Assembly (NCBI GenBank): GCA_002269645.1
Contig: NIVC01000917.1
Span: forward strand, 242,578 to 306,577
DNA from: Macrostomum lignano
Taxonomy: Eukaryota
DNA length: 64,000 nt
Direction: 5' to 3'
The notes below the pieces were generated by a model. That model worked only from the letters and a program-made list of their open reading frames with translations, searched no databases and had not been told where the DNA came from. How positions within the stretch are numbered: position 1 is the first letter of the stretch; the number at the start of each line of letters is the position of its first letter. Of the stretch, positions 39,522 to 57,010 are shown in pieces. Made by a program: the position numbers and the translations under genes.

Positions 39522-41516
39522 ATGGACAAACTGAAGAAAGTCCTGAGTGGAGATGATGAGGAAGCGGAGACAAGAAGTGGCATCTTCTCTGATGTAAGTA
39601 GTTCATATACTTTGTTGTGTATGTTTTTTTAAAATTAAATTAAGTCTTTAGGCTTATCAGCTAGCAGTGTTTTCCATCATTTTTATTCTCATTTAGCGAT
39701 TAAAGTGCAGATTTTTCTCTTTACTTTAGGAAGAAGACGATGTTCCTCTGCTCAGAAGTGTGGGTATTGTATTCAATCTCTGTTTTATCCATTTCCTTCA
39801 GTTTGTAATATTTCCTTCATGACAGTACATAGGTATTGTTTGTTATAAAAATCTAGCACTAACTAATTTAGCATGCATTTCTTAGTCATTGTTTTGTAAC
39901 ATTGTGTAATTACCTGACTGAATAATGTTTTCTGCTACCAATTGGTCTAAAATTGCTTATTACATTCCTGTGTCTGTAACAGTGTGGCCTATGCAGTGGT
40001 GTTGGTGCAGCTAGACTTGGACACAAAGTTGTATAAAATTATCTTGTTTTCCGTCTGCACAGTATTTATTAATTAATGTTGTCTTTTTCTTCTTTTGCAT
40101 ATATTTTTACCTCATTTAGATTTGCGCTACTGTCAGTACAGTAGAGCGGTTTTAACCACTAAAAAACCCAACAATAGCAAGAATTTGACTGTTTCTTTCG
40201 ATTGCAGATAAACGAGGGCGCAACTTTCAGCTGGAGCACTCGGATCAAAGGCTTCCTGATCTGTTTCTCCATTGGCTGGGCCTTTTCTCTGCTGGTAGGC
40301 GGCGCTCCAATTTTCGAATATGCCTACAGTCTAGAGATCTAGGTGTGCTTGTTCAGATTCAGAGTTCTAGACAATCATGTTGAGCCATCACCCCTCCCAC
40401 AACACAGATCTCAGTTTCTGAGCCACCGTCACCACCCTCCCAGATCCTCCAGTTGCTGGGCCACTGTCACCCTCCCAGATCCTCAGTTGCTGGGCAACCG
40501 CCACCCTTCCCAGATCCTCAGTTGCTGGGCCACCGCCACCCTCCCAGATCCTCAGTTGCTGGGCCACTGCCACCCTCCCAGATCCTCAGTTGCTGGGCAA
40601 CCGCCACCCTTCCCAGATCCTCAGTTGCTGGGCCACCGCCACCCTCCCAGATCCTCAGTTGCTGGGCCACTCTCACAGATCCTCAGTTGCTGACCCACTC
40701 TCACAGATCCTCAGTTGCTGGGCCACTGCCACCCTCCCAGATCCTCAGTTGCTGGGTCACTGCCACCCTCCCAGATCCTCAGTTGCTGGGTTACCGCCAC
40801 CCTTCCCAGATCCTCAGTTGCTGGGCCACTCTCACAGATCCTCAGTTGCTGGGCCACTCTGACAGAGCCTCAGTTGCTGAGCCACCCTCCCAGATCCTTA
40901 GTTGCTGAGCCAGCCTCCGAGATCCTCAGTTGCTGGGCCACTCTCACAGATCCTCAGTTGCTGGGCCACCGCCACCCTCCCAGATCCTCAGTTGCTGGGC
41001 CACCGCCACCCTCCCAGATCCTCAGTTTCTGGCCACCGCCACCCTCCTGGATCCGTCTTATCAACCGCCCTCTAACAATGTTAAAATGAATAAGATTTCA
41101 AAATCAATACACTGGATATCAAGTGTAAGATACAAACCGGAGTGTTTAATTAAACCTTACCAAAAAATGTCCCACAACTGCAGGGCAGCTTCTTTCTGGC
41201 CATCCCCGGTCGCGGGGTCATCATATTCGGGATATTCTACACGTTCGGCAACATCCTGTCGCTGACGTCTACCTGCTTTCTGATGGGCCCTCTCAACCAG
41301 CTGAAAAAGATGTTCGCGCCAACCCGGCTGATTGCCACACTGCTCATGCTGCTATTCATGACCCTGGCTCTGCTGTCTGCTCTTCTGTGGAACAATGTAG
41401 CCCTAACTGTGCTATTCTGCATTCTGGAGTTCCTGGCGCTCACCTGGTATTCAATTAGCTATATCCCCTATGCTAGGACGGCTATTAAGAATGCCGTCAG
41501 CGCATGCGTTGGTTAA
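39522..41516 (+). CDS. SFT2D: SFT2-domain vesicle transport protein (SFT2D1/2-like), 163 aa; exons 39522-39593, 40208-40294, 41184-41516, plus a candidate 30-nt exon 39730-39759
   Basis: [10 protein letters not shown] start, [45 protein letters not shown]; phase-0 GT-AG introns. Confidence 0.95.
40425..41050. repeat. CCCAGATCCTCAGTTGCTGGGCCAC minisatellite in the SFT2 intron (a related array lies at 41750-42050)
   Basis: Tandem copies. Confidence 0.92.
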
Positions 41517-42639
41517 ATTTAAATCTGCCTACTGCATGAAGACTTCTTTAAATAGTTGATTTTGATTCACTATCTATGCAAATGTCTGCATTGCACTGTG
41601 CCAATTGAGTCAGGGGGGGGGTTTGAAGGCAATGCTGTTTTTTCATCTATGTATGATTACAATCTAGCATGTCATTCATATATCATGGGCTTATAAGGCC
41701 TTATAAATCTATAGATGATCCCAGATTCTCAGTTTATATGGCCATCGCCATCCTCCCAGGCCCACATCCTCAGTTGCTGGGCGACCAGCCTTCCGGATCC
41801 TCCATTACTGGGCCACCTTCCCAGATCCCAATTTCTGGGCCAGCCTCCCAGATCTTCAGTTGTTAGGCCAGCCTCCCACATCTTCAGTTGCTAGGCCAGC
41901 CTCCCAGATCTTCAGTTGCTAGGCCAGCCTCCCAGATCTTCAGTTGCTAGGCCAGCCTCCCACATCTTTAGTTGCTGGGCCAGCCTCCCAGATCTTCAGT
42001 TGCTAGGCCAGTCTCCCACATCTTCAGTTGCTAGGCCAGCCTCCCAGCCTCCCTCTTGTAAGCACAAGTTTTTGCACGAGCCCCAAATTAATGTGTTTGC
42101 GCACGGAATCGAACCAGGGGTCGTTGTGTGAGTGTCAGTCGCGTTTACCACTGGGCTGCTCTGCCCCTTCCCCCCCCCCCCCACGCACCGGTTGACCTTG
42201 TGCTTACAAGAGCTCCAAGTCACTTAGAAAATGTCACTTTTACAACTCTGTGCGCTGCTGAGTGAATGTCTTATTACTGTATTAAAACAAATGCTTATAC
42301 AGATCATATTCTCATTGTATTGGTGCAGTAAGGTATTCTGCCAGTGTTAGCGGGCTAGATACTACTATAGATAATAATATGCGCACATAAATTCAAATAT
42401 ATATTCATGTTTAGCTTTTACCCTCGATGCTTAAAATATCGACTGGAAACTATAAAGGTATTTTATGATCCTCTAACTAGGGTTCCTAATATTTACAATT
42501 ATCGCATGTAATTTGATTTCATCATGTCCCTGATTTGCTTGTGTCCATCATCTTTTTTATGACTAAAGTCGTTTGTGTTCGATTCATTTTTAATAGACGA
42601 AGTTTTCATTCCTTAGGGGAGGCAGATAGCTGTGTTTTC

Positions 42640-43025
42640 CTGAAGACACGAGGGATAGCAGAGCGATTCCCTGAAGACACGGGAGGGATAGCACAGCAAT
42701 TCCCTGAAGACACGGGAGGGATAGCACAGCAATTCCCTGAAGACACGGGAGGGATAGCATAGCAATTCCCTGAAGACACGGGAGGGATAGCACAGCAATT
42801 CCCTGAAGTCACAGGAGGGATAGCAAATCAATTCCCTGAAGACACGGGAGGGATAGCATAGCAATTCCCTGAAGACACGGGAGGGATAGCACATCAATTC
42901 CCTGAAGTCACAGGAGGAATAGCACATCAATTCCCTGAAGTCACAGGAGGAATAGCACATCAATTCCCTGAAGTCACGGGAGGGATAGCACAGCAATTCC
43001 CTGAAGTCACAGGAGGGATAGCACA
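42640..43025. repeat. 33-bp minisatellite CCCTGAAGACACGGGAGGGATAGCACAGCAATT
   Basis: Tandem copies. Confidence 0.95.
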
Positions 43026-43653
43026 GTAATATACACAGGTACGGCTGTGTTCTAGCTGATTTTGTGTCAAAAATAAAAATAAATAATTTGGGCTAGCGAG
43101 TTTGGTACAATGACACGATAATATCAAATTCCGAAGTCTTTCTAAACGCGCACGACTTGTTTAAATAATTGCGTGCATGTCGTTGGATATGATTGTCGTC
43201 TTTTTGTTCTGAAGGTTTTGATCTTGTTGAACGGCCATCTATTGATTTCAATCATTTACTCGAAAACGAAAATACAAAGCCGTCTTCGTTACTTACGAGT
43301 AGTTGTATTTATTTGGCAGATTTTAGAGCTAATATATAAATGATGCAAATCATTTTGTTTGTTTGATAATTTGTTTTTACTATACACTGTCCCTTAACTC
43401 TCGCTACACTGACCTTGAAATAGGAGACCCTGGACTTTAATCATCAGGCATGTACACTCTCTGTGCCTTGGGGGTTGGCCCTCCTAGGTTTGAATCGCAC
43501 GTCAAACCCCACGCAGAGCACAAGCCCCAAATGAGTGTCTGACTTATGAAACAGTCCCCGCTTACCGCCCCGTGGAAGTCTCCAAAACTTTTTTGCAGAC
43601 TCTGAAAATTATCCCAATTGAAATTGGCGGATTTTATAGCCTGGCCATACAGC

Positions 43654-46513
43654 TGTCGATTAGACAATAAACTAATAGAGCGAGATATAAGTGGTGCAGA
43701 AAGGAAGAGAGGAGAAAGAAGTGAAGGGCCTAAGCCGCGGGTTGAAGTTGTATTTATACTAACAATGATGAACAGGCCAGCCAAATTGTCTGTGGTAAAT
43801 GAACGGTTACGATAGTCTGTGGGAAAGGCATGGTAGACAAAGGGAGACGGCTAACTGAAAAGTACAAGGTAATAGAAAGTACAAATATTTGGAGGATGGA
43901 AATCCGACAGGCTCGGGGGGCCAACGGGTAACGATAGATAGAGGGGATTTGAACGGCAAAAACAGTAGAATGATTAAATAGCGAGTATTTGCGCATTGAG
44001 TTTAGTTCGTGAAAGCGGTCAACTGTTTAGTCAGGTTGTAACAATGCCGGGCCGGAAGCCGAGCCGGCAGGCGGGCCAGCAGACGAGACGGGCAGCATCT
44101 TCCTTGGTGTCAGTGCCGATGACGATGTTGCCGACATAGAGGCTGCCAATGATGCGCTCGAGCTCGGATTGGGTGAGGTCGGAATCTCCCGAGTTAATTG
44201 CGTCTAAGCATATCTTGTGGAGGACCGCCAGGAGAATACACGCTCTGGGAGAGGCGCCCATGACGATGCGAGTGAAGCGCCAGAGCTCGAAGCTGCCCTG
44301 TACTAGCGGCTTGGTGATGTACTTCGGGAGGATGATGCAGAGGACGTCGCGGTGAGGTTCGTGAACGCCTTTCTGGTAGAAGGCGGCCTTGAGGTCAGAT
44401 GAGATGCCGAACTGGTGAGCGCGGTGAACTAGAAGGACTTGAAGCATTGACGTCAGCAGGTTGGGCCCAGGCTCTAGGAGGTCGTTGAGTGTGGCGCCAG
44501 CGAGCGAGGTCTTGGTAGAAGCGTCGACGACGGGGCGGATCTTCGTCGTGTTGGAGCTCCTCTTTATGACTGGGAAGTGCGGCAGAGTCTGGATGACTGG
44601 GCCAGCTACCTGGCCAGGGCTGACTCGTTCCAGGACACCTTCTTGCTTGCGCTTCTCGAACTCGGCGTAGTAGGCCTCGCGCTCGGGAAGGCTGAGGCGG
44701 CGGTGGGTGGCTTGAGCACGACCGAAGGCCTGGCCAAAGTTGGAAGGTAGGAGCTCGGCTCCAGGTTCGAATGGCAGGTCGACGGAGATTCGAACGTCGG
44801 TATCGCGCATGATGGAGTCGGGCAGGCGTTCCTGGGGTCTGTCGTTCCTGGCGTCGGGCCTTTCAGCATCCTTTGCCGTGCCGAGAGCTTCGAGGTTGGA
44901 CATGCTGTCCAGAAGTCGGTCGAGGTGGAGCCCATCGTTGTTAGGGAAAGTGTTCGCAATGACCACTTGCGAGGAGCCGAGGAAGCCGTTATGACGAGAG
45001 GCTGTGATATCAAGGGAGCCGTCGAGGATGGCCCCGAAGGGTGTCGGGCAGGCTTTGAGAGTCGGTCGAAGCGCTTGGGCGGGTACGTTAGGGCTGATAG
45101 GCTGACTGGCGTTGCTGCAGGGACAAGAACTCTTGGGCTCTTGGCTGGCAGTGGAACTTAACTTCGCGGCTGGGCGAGATTTAATGTCGGCGCAAGGAGC
45201 GGGGTCAGGTCGATAGGCGTCCGACGATAAGCTATTGCCAATGCTGCGGGCTTGTAGCGGCTGGGAACTGGCGTTGCCCAGAAGGATGGCGGAAGCGAAG
45301 GTCGCAGCCGGAGGGGTAGCGGAAGCGGCTCTGAGCGTCTTCAGCTTGTAATCGAGGTGGCACTGGAGCTGTGTCATAGTTGGCATGAGAGGCTGCCCGT
45401 TGGCAGCACGAAGGTTGCGGATCTCGCTCTGCAGCTCGATCGGGAGGCGGCTCCACAGGGCGTAGACGTAGCCGTCGATGGTGCTGGCGGGCTCGCCAAG
45501 GCGGAGGAGCTGGCCGGTAGCGAGTCGGAGGGCGTCGGTGTAGGTCTCGAGCTCGTCTATGTCGGAGGCAGAGTTGCAGTGAAGGGCGAGGAGACGCTGG
45601 AAGGAGGCGTTCTTTTGCTCCTGTGTGTCGGTGTAGTTGGCCTGGAGGACACGGCAGGCTTCGGCGTAGGCGTTGGGTTGGTAGGCATTGAGGGCACCGA
45701 GCTTCTTGAGAGCGGAGCCGGAGAGCAGACCGCGAAGCGCCTCGAATTTGTCGACGTCGTTGAGGCTGGAGCGGTCAACGCGGTAGACGAAGGCGTCCCA
45801 GAAGCCCGGAAATGCAGCAGGGTCCGTACCGTCGAAGGTCGGGAGATGTACGTTCTTGTGAATGGTGGAGCGGACGAGCCCGGCCGGATCGTGAGCATCT
45901 GGTGCGGGTGTTGAAGCAGTTGGTGTTGAGGCTGGACGGACGGTGGCGGCGAGCTGCTGAATGAGCTGCTGGTTCTGCTGCATCATCGCGGTCATTGAGG
46001 CGATGAGGGCGTTTACGTCGACGGAGGCAGCGGGAGCTGTTGCAAGGATCGGAGTTGTGGAAGTAGCAGCGAGAGGAGCAGTAGATGTCGTGGCGGATGA
46101 AGCAGCTGGCGGCGGGTCACTGGCTTCGACGGGTGGCTGCTCCGCGGCAGTGGTCGCTTCAGTAGAGGTTGAGAGGTGGTCGTTCTGGGACTGCTGATGG
46201 TCGCCAGATTGGTCAGTTGTCGATCGTGTGATGACCATGACGCTCTGCTACCAAAATTGTCGATTAGACAATAAACTAATAGAGCGAGATATAAGTGGTG
46301 CAGAAAGGAAGAGAGGAGAAAGAAGTGAAGGGCCTAAGCCGCGGGTTGAAGTTGTATTTATACTAACAATGATGAACAGGCCAGCCAAATTGTCTGTGGT
46401 AAATGAACGGTTACGATAGTCTGTGGGAAAGGCATGGTAGACAAAGGGAGACGGCTAACTGAAAAGTACAAGGTAATAGAAAGTACAAATATTTGGAGGA
46501 TGGAAATCCGACA
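43654..46513 (-). mobile_element. BEL/Pao LTR retrotransposon, internally deleted, recently inserted
   Basis: 256-bp LTRs 43654-43909 and 46258-46513 with no difference seen; TGTCG..CGACA ends; 5-bp TSD ACAGC; PBS TGGTAGCAGAG complementary to the initiator tRNA-Met 3' end. Confidence 0.95.
44031..46238 (-). CDS. 735-aa Gag (DUF1759-like) fused to truncated RT; no RNase H or integrase
   Basis: LPTFDG..F..FW..F, DKFEALRGLLSGSA, LPHFPVIK...TTKIRPVVDAS, LNDLLEPGPNL, SDLKAAFYQ; catalytic motif reads YVGN. Confidence 0.9.
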   Translation of the reverse strand: MVITRSTTDQSGDHQQSQNDHLSTSTEATTAAEQPPVEASDPPPAASSATTSTAPLAATSTTPILATAPAASVDVNALIASMTAMMQQNQQLIQQLAATVRPASTPTASTPAPDAHDPAGLVRSTIHKNVHLPTFDGTDPAAFPGFWDAFVYRVDRSSLNDVDKFEALRGLLSGSALKKLGALNAYQPNAYAEACRVLQANYTDTQEQKNASFQRLLALHCNSASDIDELETYTDALRLATGQLLRLGEPASTIDGYVYALWSRLPIELQSEIRNLRAANGQPLMPTMTQLQCHLDYKLKTLRAASATPPAATFASAILLGNASSQPLQARSIGNSLSSDAYRPDPAPCADIKSRPAAKLSSTASQEPKSSCPCSNASQPISPNVPAQALRPTLKACPTPFGAILDGSLDITASRHNGFLGSSQVVIANTFPNNDGLHLDRLLDSMSNLEALGTAKDAERPDARNDRPQERLPDSIMRDTDVRISVDLPFEPGAELLPSNFGQAFGRAQATHRRLSLPEREAYYAEFEKRKQEGVLERVSPGQVAGPVIQTLPHFPVIKRSSNTTKIRPVVDASTKTSLAGATLNDLLEPGPNLLTSMLQVLLVHRAHQFGISSDLKAAFYQKGVHEPHRDVLCIILPKYITKPLVQGSFELWRFTRIVMGASPRACILLAVLHKICLDAINSGDSDLTQSELERIIGSLYVGNIVIGTDTKEDAARLVCWPACRLGFRPGIVTT

Positions 46514-47431
46514 ACAGCTTAGTCTACTTAAATGGCAATTTTTTAAACTGTTCATTGTCCATTACACTGCTGTGCCTCTTTCACCTGTCCATCAAAGTTA
46601 TCTGGTGGATTGCATTTTGTATTTGACGAGACGTATTATTCTACTGACAGCTGCTGACGTGAATCCGTTAATTTCCATTCAAGTTGGCAAGGAGACCATT
46701 AAAAAGAATGTGGACTATAGTGCAAAACTGTGCGTCATTTTTCTCTCATGTGTTGATTGCACTTCAGGGCGCATCTTGTCTTCTGAGCTCGACACCCTCG
46801 CGCAACGCCTTCGGCGACATAGGTCCCACAATATACCAGCGCTGACGGCAATTCTGCCCGTTCCGTTGACGGGAATTTACAAGTTACAAGCTACAAGCTA
46901 CGAGCTACAAGCAGTGTTGTGAAACACTTTTGCTTGTAGCTCGTAGCTACAAGCCAAGAATCGTACAAGTTTGACAAGCTTGTAACTATTCACTTCATCG
47001 TCTATGGTAAAAAACTACCTCTTTGGGGTGGTAGAGAAAACGACTCGAAGCTAAAAACAAAACTCATTTCATCCACGCTTCTTCCATCCATCTTTCATCC
47101 ATCTAGCTTCTTACATTCGTCTATTCGCTTTTGCTTACGATGCCTCTCTCTGCAAGTGAGAAGACGCTTCTGTTAGAGAAGATAAGCGACGTCAAGGGAA
47201 CTTTATTTGGCGAGTTCACCTCGGTGCTAACCGAGGCTCTCGGTCGTCGCTCTCATCGTCTGACGTTTCGAACAGCATAAATCGAAGTAGCCCGAGCACA
47301 ATTAAGCACAATAATAATCGATAGTGAAAAATATGCAGTGCGGTTAGAGGTTGCTGAGTGAGGTTAGAAGAAAGCGTTCTTTTCAAACTGTGTGCTTTTA
47401 GTTTACAAGTGCGAGTAAAAGAAGGCGACTA

Positions 47432-48717
47432 CACCATTTTACCCTCGATTTTGAACAAGAACTTCGAAACTGACAAACTCCTCTTCAATATTGACACTCT
47501 ATGGTCGGGCACTCAAAATCTACAATCAATATTGACAGATCAAGCTTCATTTTTGACAAACTCTGGTTCAATTTTGACAATGCACGTTTAGTCAACTTCT
47601 CCTGGGAGAATTCGGTAACAAAGTAATCCAATGAAAGCCTGAACGGGGCTGAAGTGAGCTGTGCAAAATCAGCTTATTCTGACTTTGCTTTTTGGATCTA
47701 CAAGTATTGATAAAATTTATTTTTTTCTATCCTTTACACACAGACTAAAATAGCCTGACTGGTTGGGCTGCAAAGTCTGATTCTATTTTGACAGAGTTGC
47801 TTCAAAACTGACACTCTATGGTTTGTGTACCCAAAAAGTCCGCTTCATTTTTGACAACTCCGAATCAATATTGAACAGTTAACAATCGATTTTGACTAAG
47901 ACATTTTTTGAAATAGATTTTGACCATTTTTACTAAGATTTCTCTCTTGGGGGGGTACTTGCTATTTGGGAGAGGGGGTACTGGCTGCATGTATCTACGA
48001 GTACATGTATGGGAATATTTCTATCCAGGGATGCTTGCTAGAGTCCCTGCTCTCTCAAGCATCCACCCAGATAGCAAGCATCCACCCAGATAGCAAGCAT
48101 CCACCCTGATAGCAAGCATCCACCCAGATAGCATGTACATGTACTCGTAGATACATGCAGCCAGTACCCCTTCTCCCAAATAGCAAGTACCCCCCCCCCT
48201 CAAGAGAGAAATCTTAGTAAAAATGGTCAAAATCTATTTCAAAAAATGTCTTAGTCAAAATCGATTGTTAACTGTTCAATATTGATTCGGAGTTGTCAAA
48301 AATGAAGCGGACTTTTTGGGTACACAAACCATAGAGTGTCAGTTTTGAAGCAACTCTGTCAAAATAGAATCAGACTTTGCAGCCCAACCAGTCAGGCTAT
48401 TTTAGTCTGTGTGTAAAGGATAGAAAAAAATAAATTTTATCAATACTTGTAGATCCAAAAAGCAAGTCAGAATAAGCTGATTTTGCACAGCTCACTTCAG
48501 CCCCGTTCAGGCTTTCATTGGATTACTTTGTTACCGAATTCTCCCAGGAGAAGTTGACTAAACGTGCATTGTCAAAATTGAACCAGAGTTTGTCAAAAAT
48601 GAAGCTTGATCTGTCAATATTGATTGTAGATTTTGAGTGCCCGACCATAGAGTGTCAATATTGAATAGGAGTTTGTCAGTTTCGAAGTTCTTGTTCAAAA
48701 TCGAGGGTAAAATGGTG
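47432..48717. mobile_element. Near-perfect foldback element with about 580-bp inverted arms (CACTA/EnSpm-like or Tc1-like non-autonomous)
   Basis: Arms 47432-48009 and 48136-48717 differ by only a few bases; CACC..GGTG ends flanked by TA; 126-bp spacer with a 19-bp repeat. Confidence 0.9.
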
Positions 48718-49436
48718 TATTCAACTTGTCAGCAATTACAAGTGTTTGGGGTTGTAGACGCTTTATGAAACAAAACGCTTGTAGCACGTACTTGTAGCTA
48801 CTCTCTTGTAGTGTGTAGGAACTTGTAGCTTTTTCAAAGTTTATGAAACGAAATTCACTTGTAACTTGTCACTGATCCTACTTGTAGCTACTACAAGTCA
48901 TTTATGAAACACCCCCCTGAGCGCATGCATGTACAAGCGGACCTAGGGTGTACAGCGGACTCCTGACTTTCTGCTCCGCTCCTGTAGTCGACTTTATTGA
49001 CGAAGAAAGGGTTTTAAGGAAGAATTAATTGGCATTCCAGATTCTCTTTTCGAAATCTCCTTGGCTTTGAAAAGAAAAGAAAAAGCAGCAGCTGCTCCCC
49101 ATCATCATGTGCATAATTAGCAATTCTTTTATGCGGGTCCGTTGGACACTCATGAATTCTCGGCATTATAAAAAGGTTCTTTAAGTGAGCGGATTCTTCT
49201 GCAAAGCTTGTCGTGGGCCCATTTCATGCATTGCTACAGGTACGTCTCTTGCATAGCAATTGAGCGAGAAATCATTCTCTGCAACACTTTCTGCTTTCAG
49301 TCTGTCGCAGGCAGCAGACAGTAGTACAATTGAAATTTATGACTGCAGACTCGCATATTATTATCTACAGACTTTGATTGATATGAACGCTATGATTGCC
49401 ACAGCAAATACGCACAGTACGATTTGAGAAGCTCTG

Positions 49437-49451
49437 GTTGCCAGGAGCAAC
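49437..49451 (+). promoter_or_regulatory. Candidate RFX X-box upstream of CFAP92
   Basis: GTTGCC-AGG-AGCAAC fits GTNRCC(N0-3)RGYAAC, about 555 bp before the ATG of a ciliary gene. Confidence 0.5.
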
Positions 49452-49458
49452 CTGGGCG

Positions 49459-49511
<53 letters not shown>

Positions 49512-50006
49512 GTTTTCTCTTCTTTCCCTCTCGCCAGGCTAGTAGAGCTGATAGAGCACAGAGTGCAGCCCCTTTGCAGAAAATGCGCAACCAACTGACA
49601 AGTGCGAATCCGAGGAGCAGGGGCGCAGGAGAGTTGGGGGTGTAGAGGCTGGGGTTGCTATCTAGCAGAAAGCGGACTTGCGTATGCACAGAAAAATGAA
49701 CGGGCCTCAGCAACTAGCCACCCAATGAGGTCTCTGCAGCTCTCCATCATACCAGCCCTTTCCAACTGAATAGCATTTGCCATACTCTTGACTTGCCCCT
49801 TGACAACAGAGAGAGAGAAAGAGAGAGAGAGAGGCAAGACGTTAGACGCGCAAACCTTTGCTTGTGTCGGAAGAGTTGTCAATTGGAAGCAAATAAAGCT
49901 GCAAGCACAGGTTTATTAACATTAGCTAGATGGCGCTGCGTAGTTAAAGCAGTTGGCCCTGCTTTGAAGCAATATTTGGCAATCCCAGGGGTTACAGACG
50001 CTGAAC

Positions 50007-56048
<6,042 letters not shown>

Positions 56049-57010
56049 CGAGCCCCTGGCCTGTTTGAGGCCGAATACTGTGTTATCATTTCACTTGGAC
56101 AGAAACTTTTCGCCTGTATCCACGCCTTGTAGCTATATAGAGACTGCCTGACCCTTCTGTTACTGTTTCGCGTGCATGCCCAGTTTAGATGAGATGAAAC
56201 TGCTCTGTTTATTTAAATATAATATTTTATTATTGACTATTTTTGACGTTCCATAAAACGTGACATTCTAGACGCACTACTGTTCCCAAACTGAAAGTCA
56301 AGTAGAGAGTAAAGTGTTTTGCAAGAAAAGTTTACAAACAAATTGTTAAATTGTTTAATGGATTGTAAAATGCTTTATCGATTTCCTGCTCTCAATGGCA
56401 CAGAGCTTTCGCGAAGCATTCGATACTCCTAATTTATTTATGGTGGAAAAATAACACAGGATCGAGAAGCTTCCCAGAGAAAACTGTGTTTATTTATTCA
56501 GCAAGCTGTTATATTCATTATTCATCCCGGATTGCTAGCTGTTTGAATAGAAAATCCTGGGCCTTAGCAACCAAAAAGGAGCCTATTGTAGAGAGAGAGA
56601 CTGCTCAAGTCAGTCACACCTTATAGGAAGCTGGAGGATGCGGCGTCGCTGGGCTCGCCTCCTCCCCCCTCGGCAGCAGCTCAATATTGAGCCAGCCCCG
56701 TGAGAAGTGTATTGCTTCTGATGTTTGCTTCTTTTTTGGAGAAAAGACCGGGAAGAGGAGGGAGGGAGTCGAAAGGGACTGAGGGGGGGGGGGGCCCGCA
56801 TTCAATAGGATGATAGCGCCTATGGTTCGGGTTGGCGAGGAAAAAGAGACGAGGGTTTAGGAGCAGCTGCAGAACTGTCGCTGATGGGAACGGGGGGGAG
56901 GAGACGAAGAGGATGAGAGGAGGAGCAGAGAAGATCCCCAGAGCAGACGCGCGCAGACTCTGAGAGCAGGGCAGTTCTCTGCGGCACAGCTGGCAGGAGG
57001 CGACAAACGG

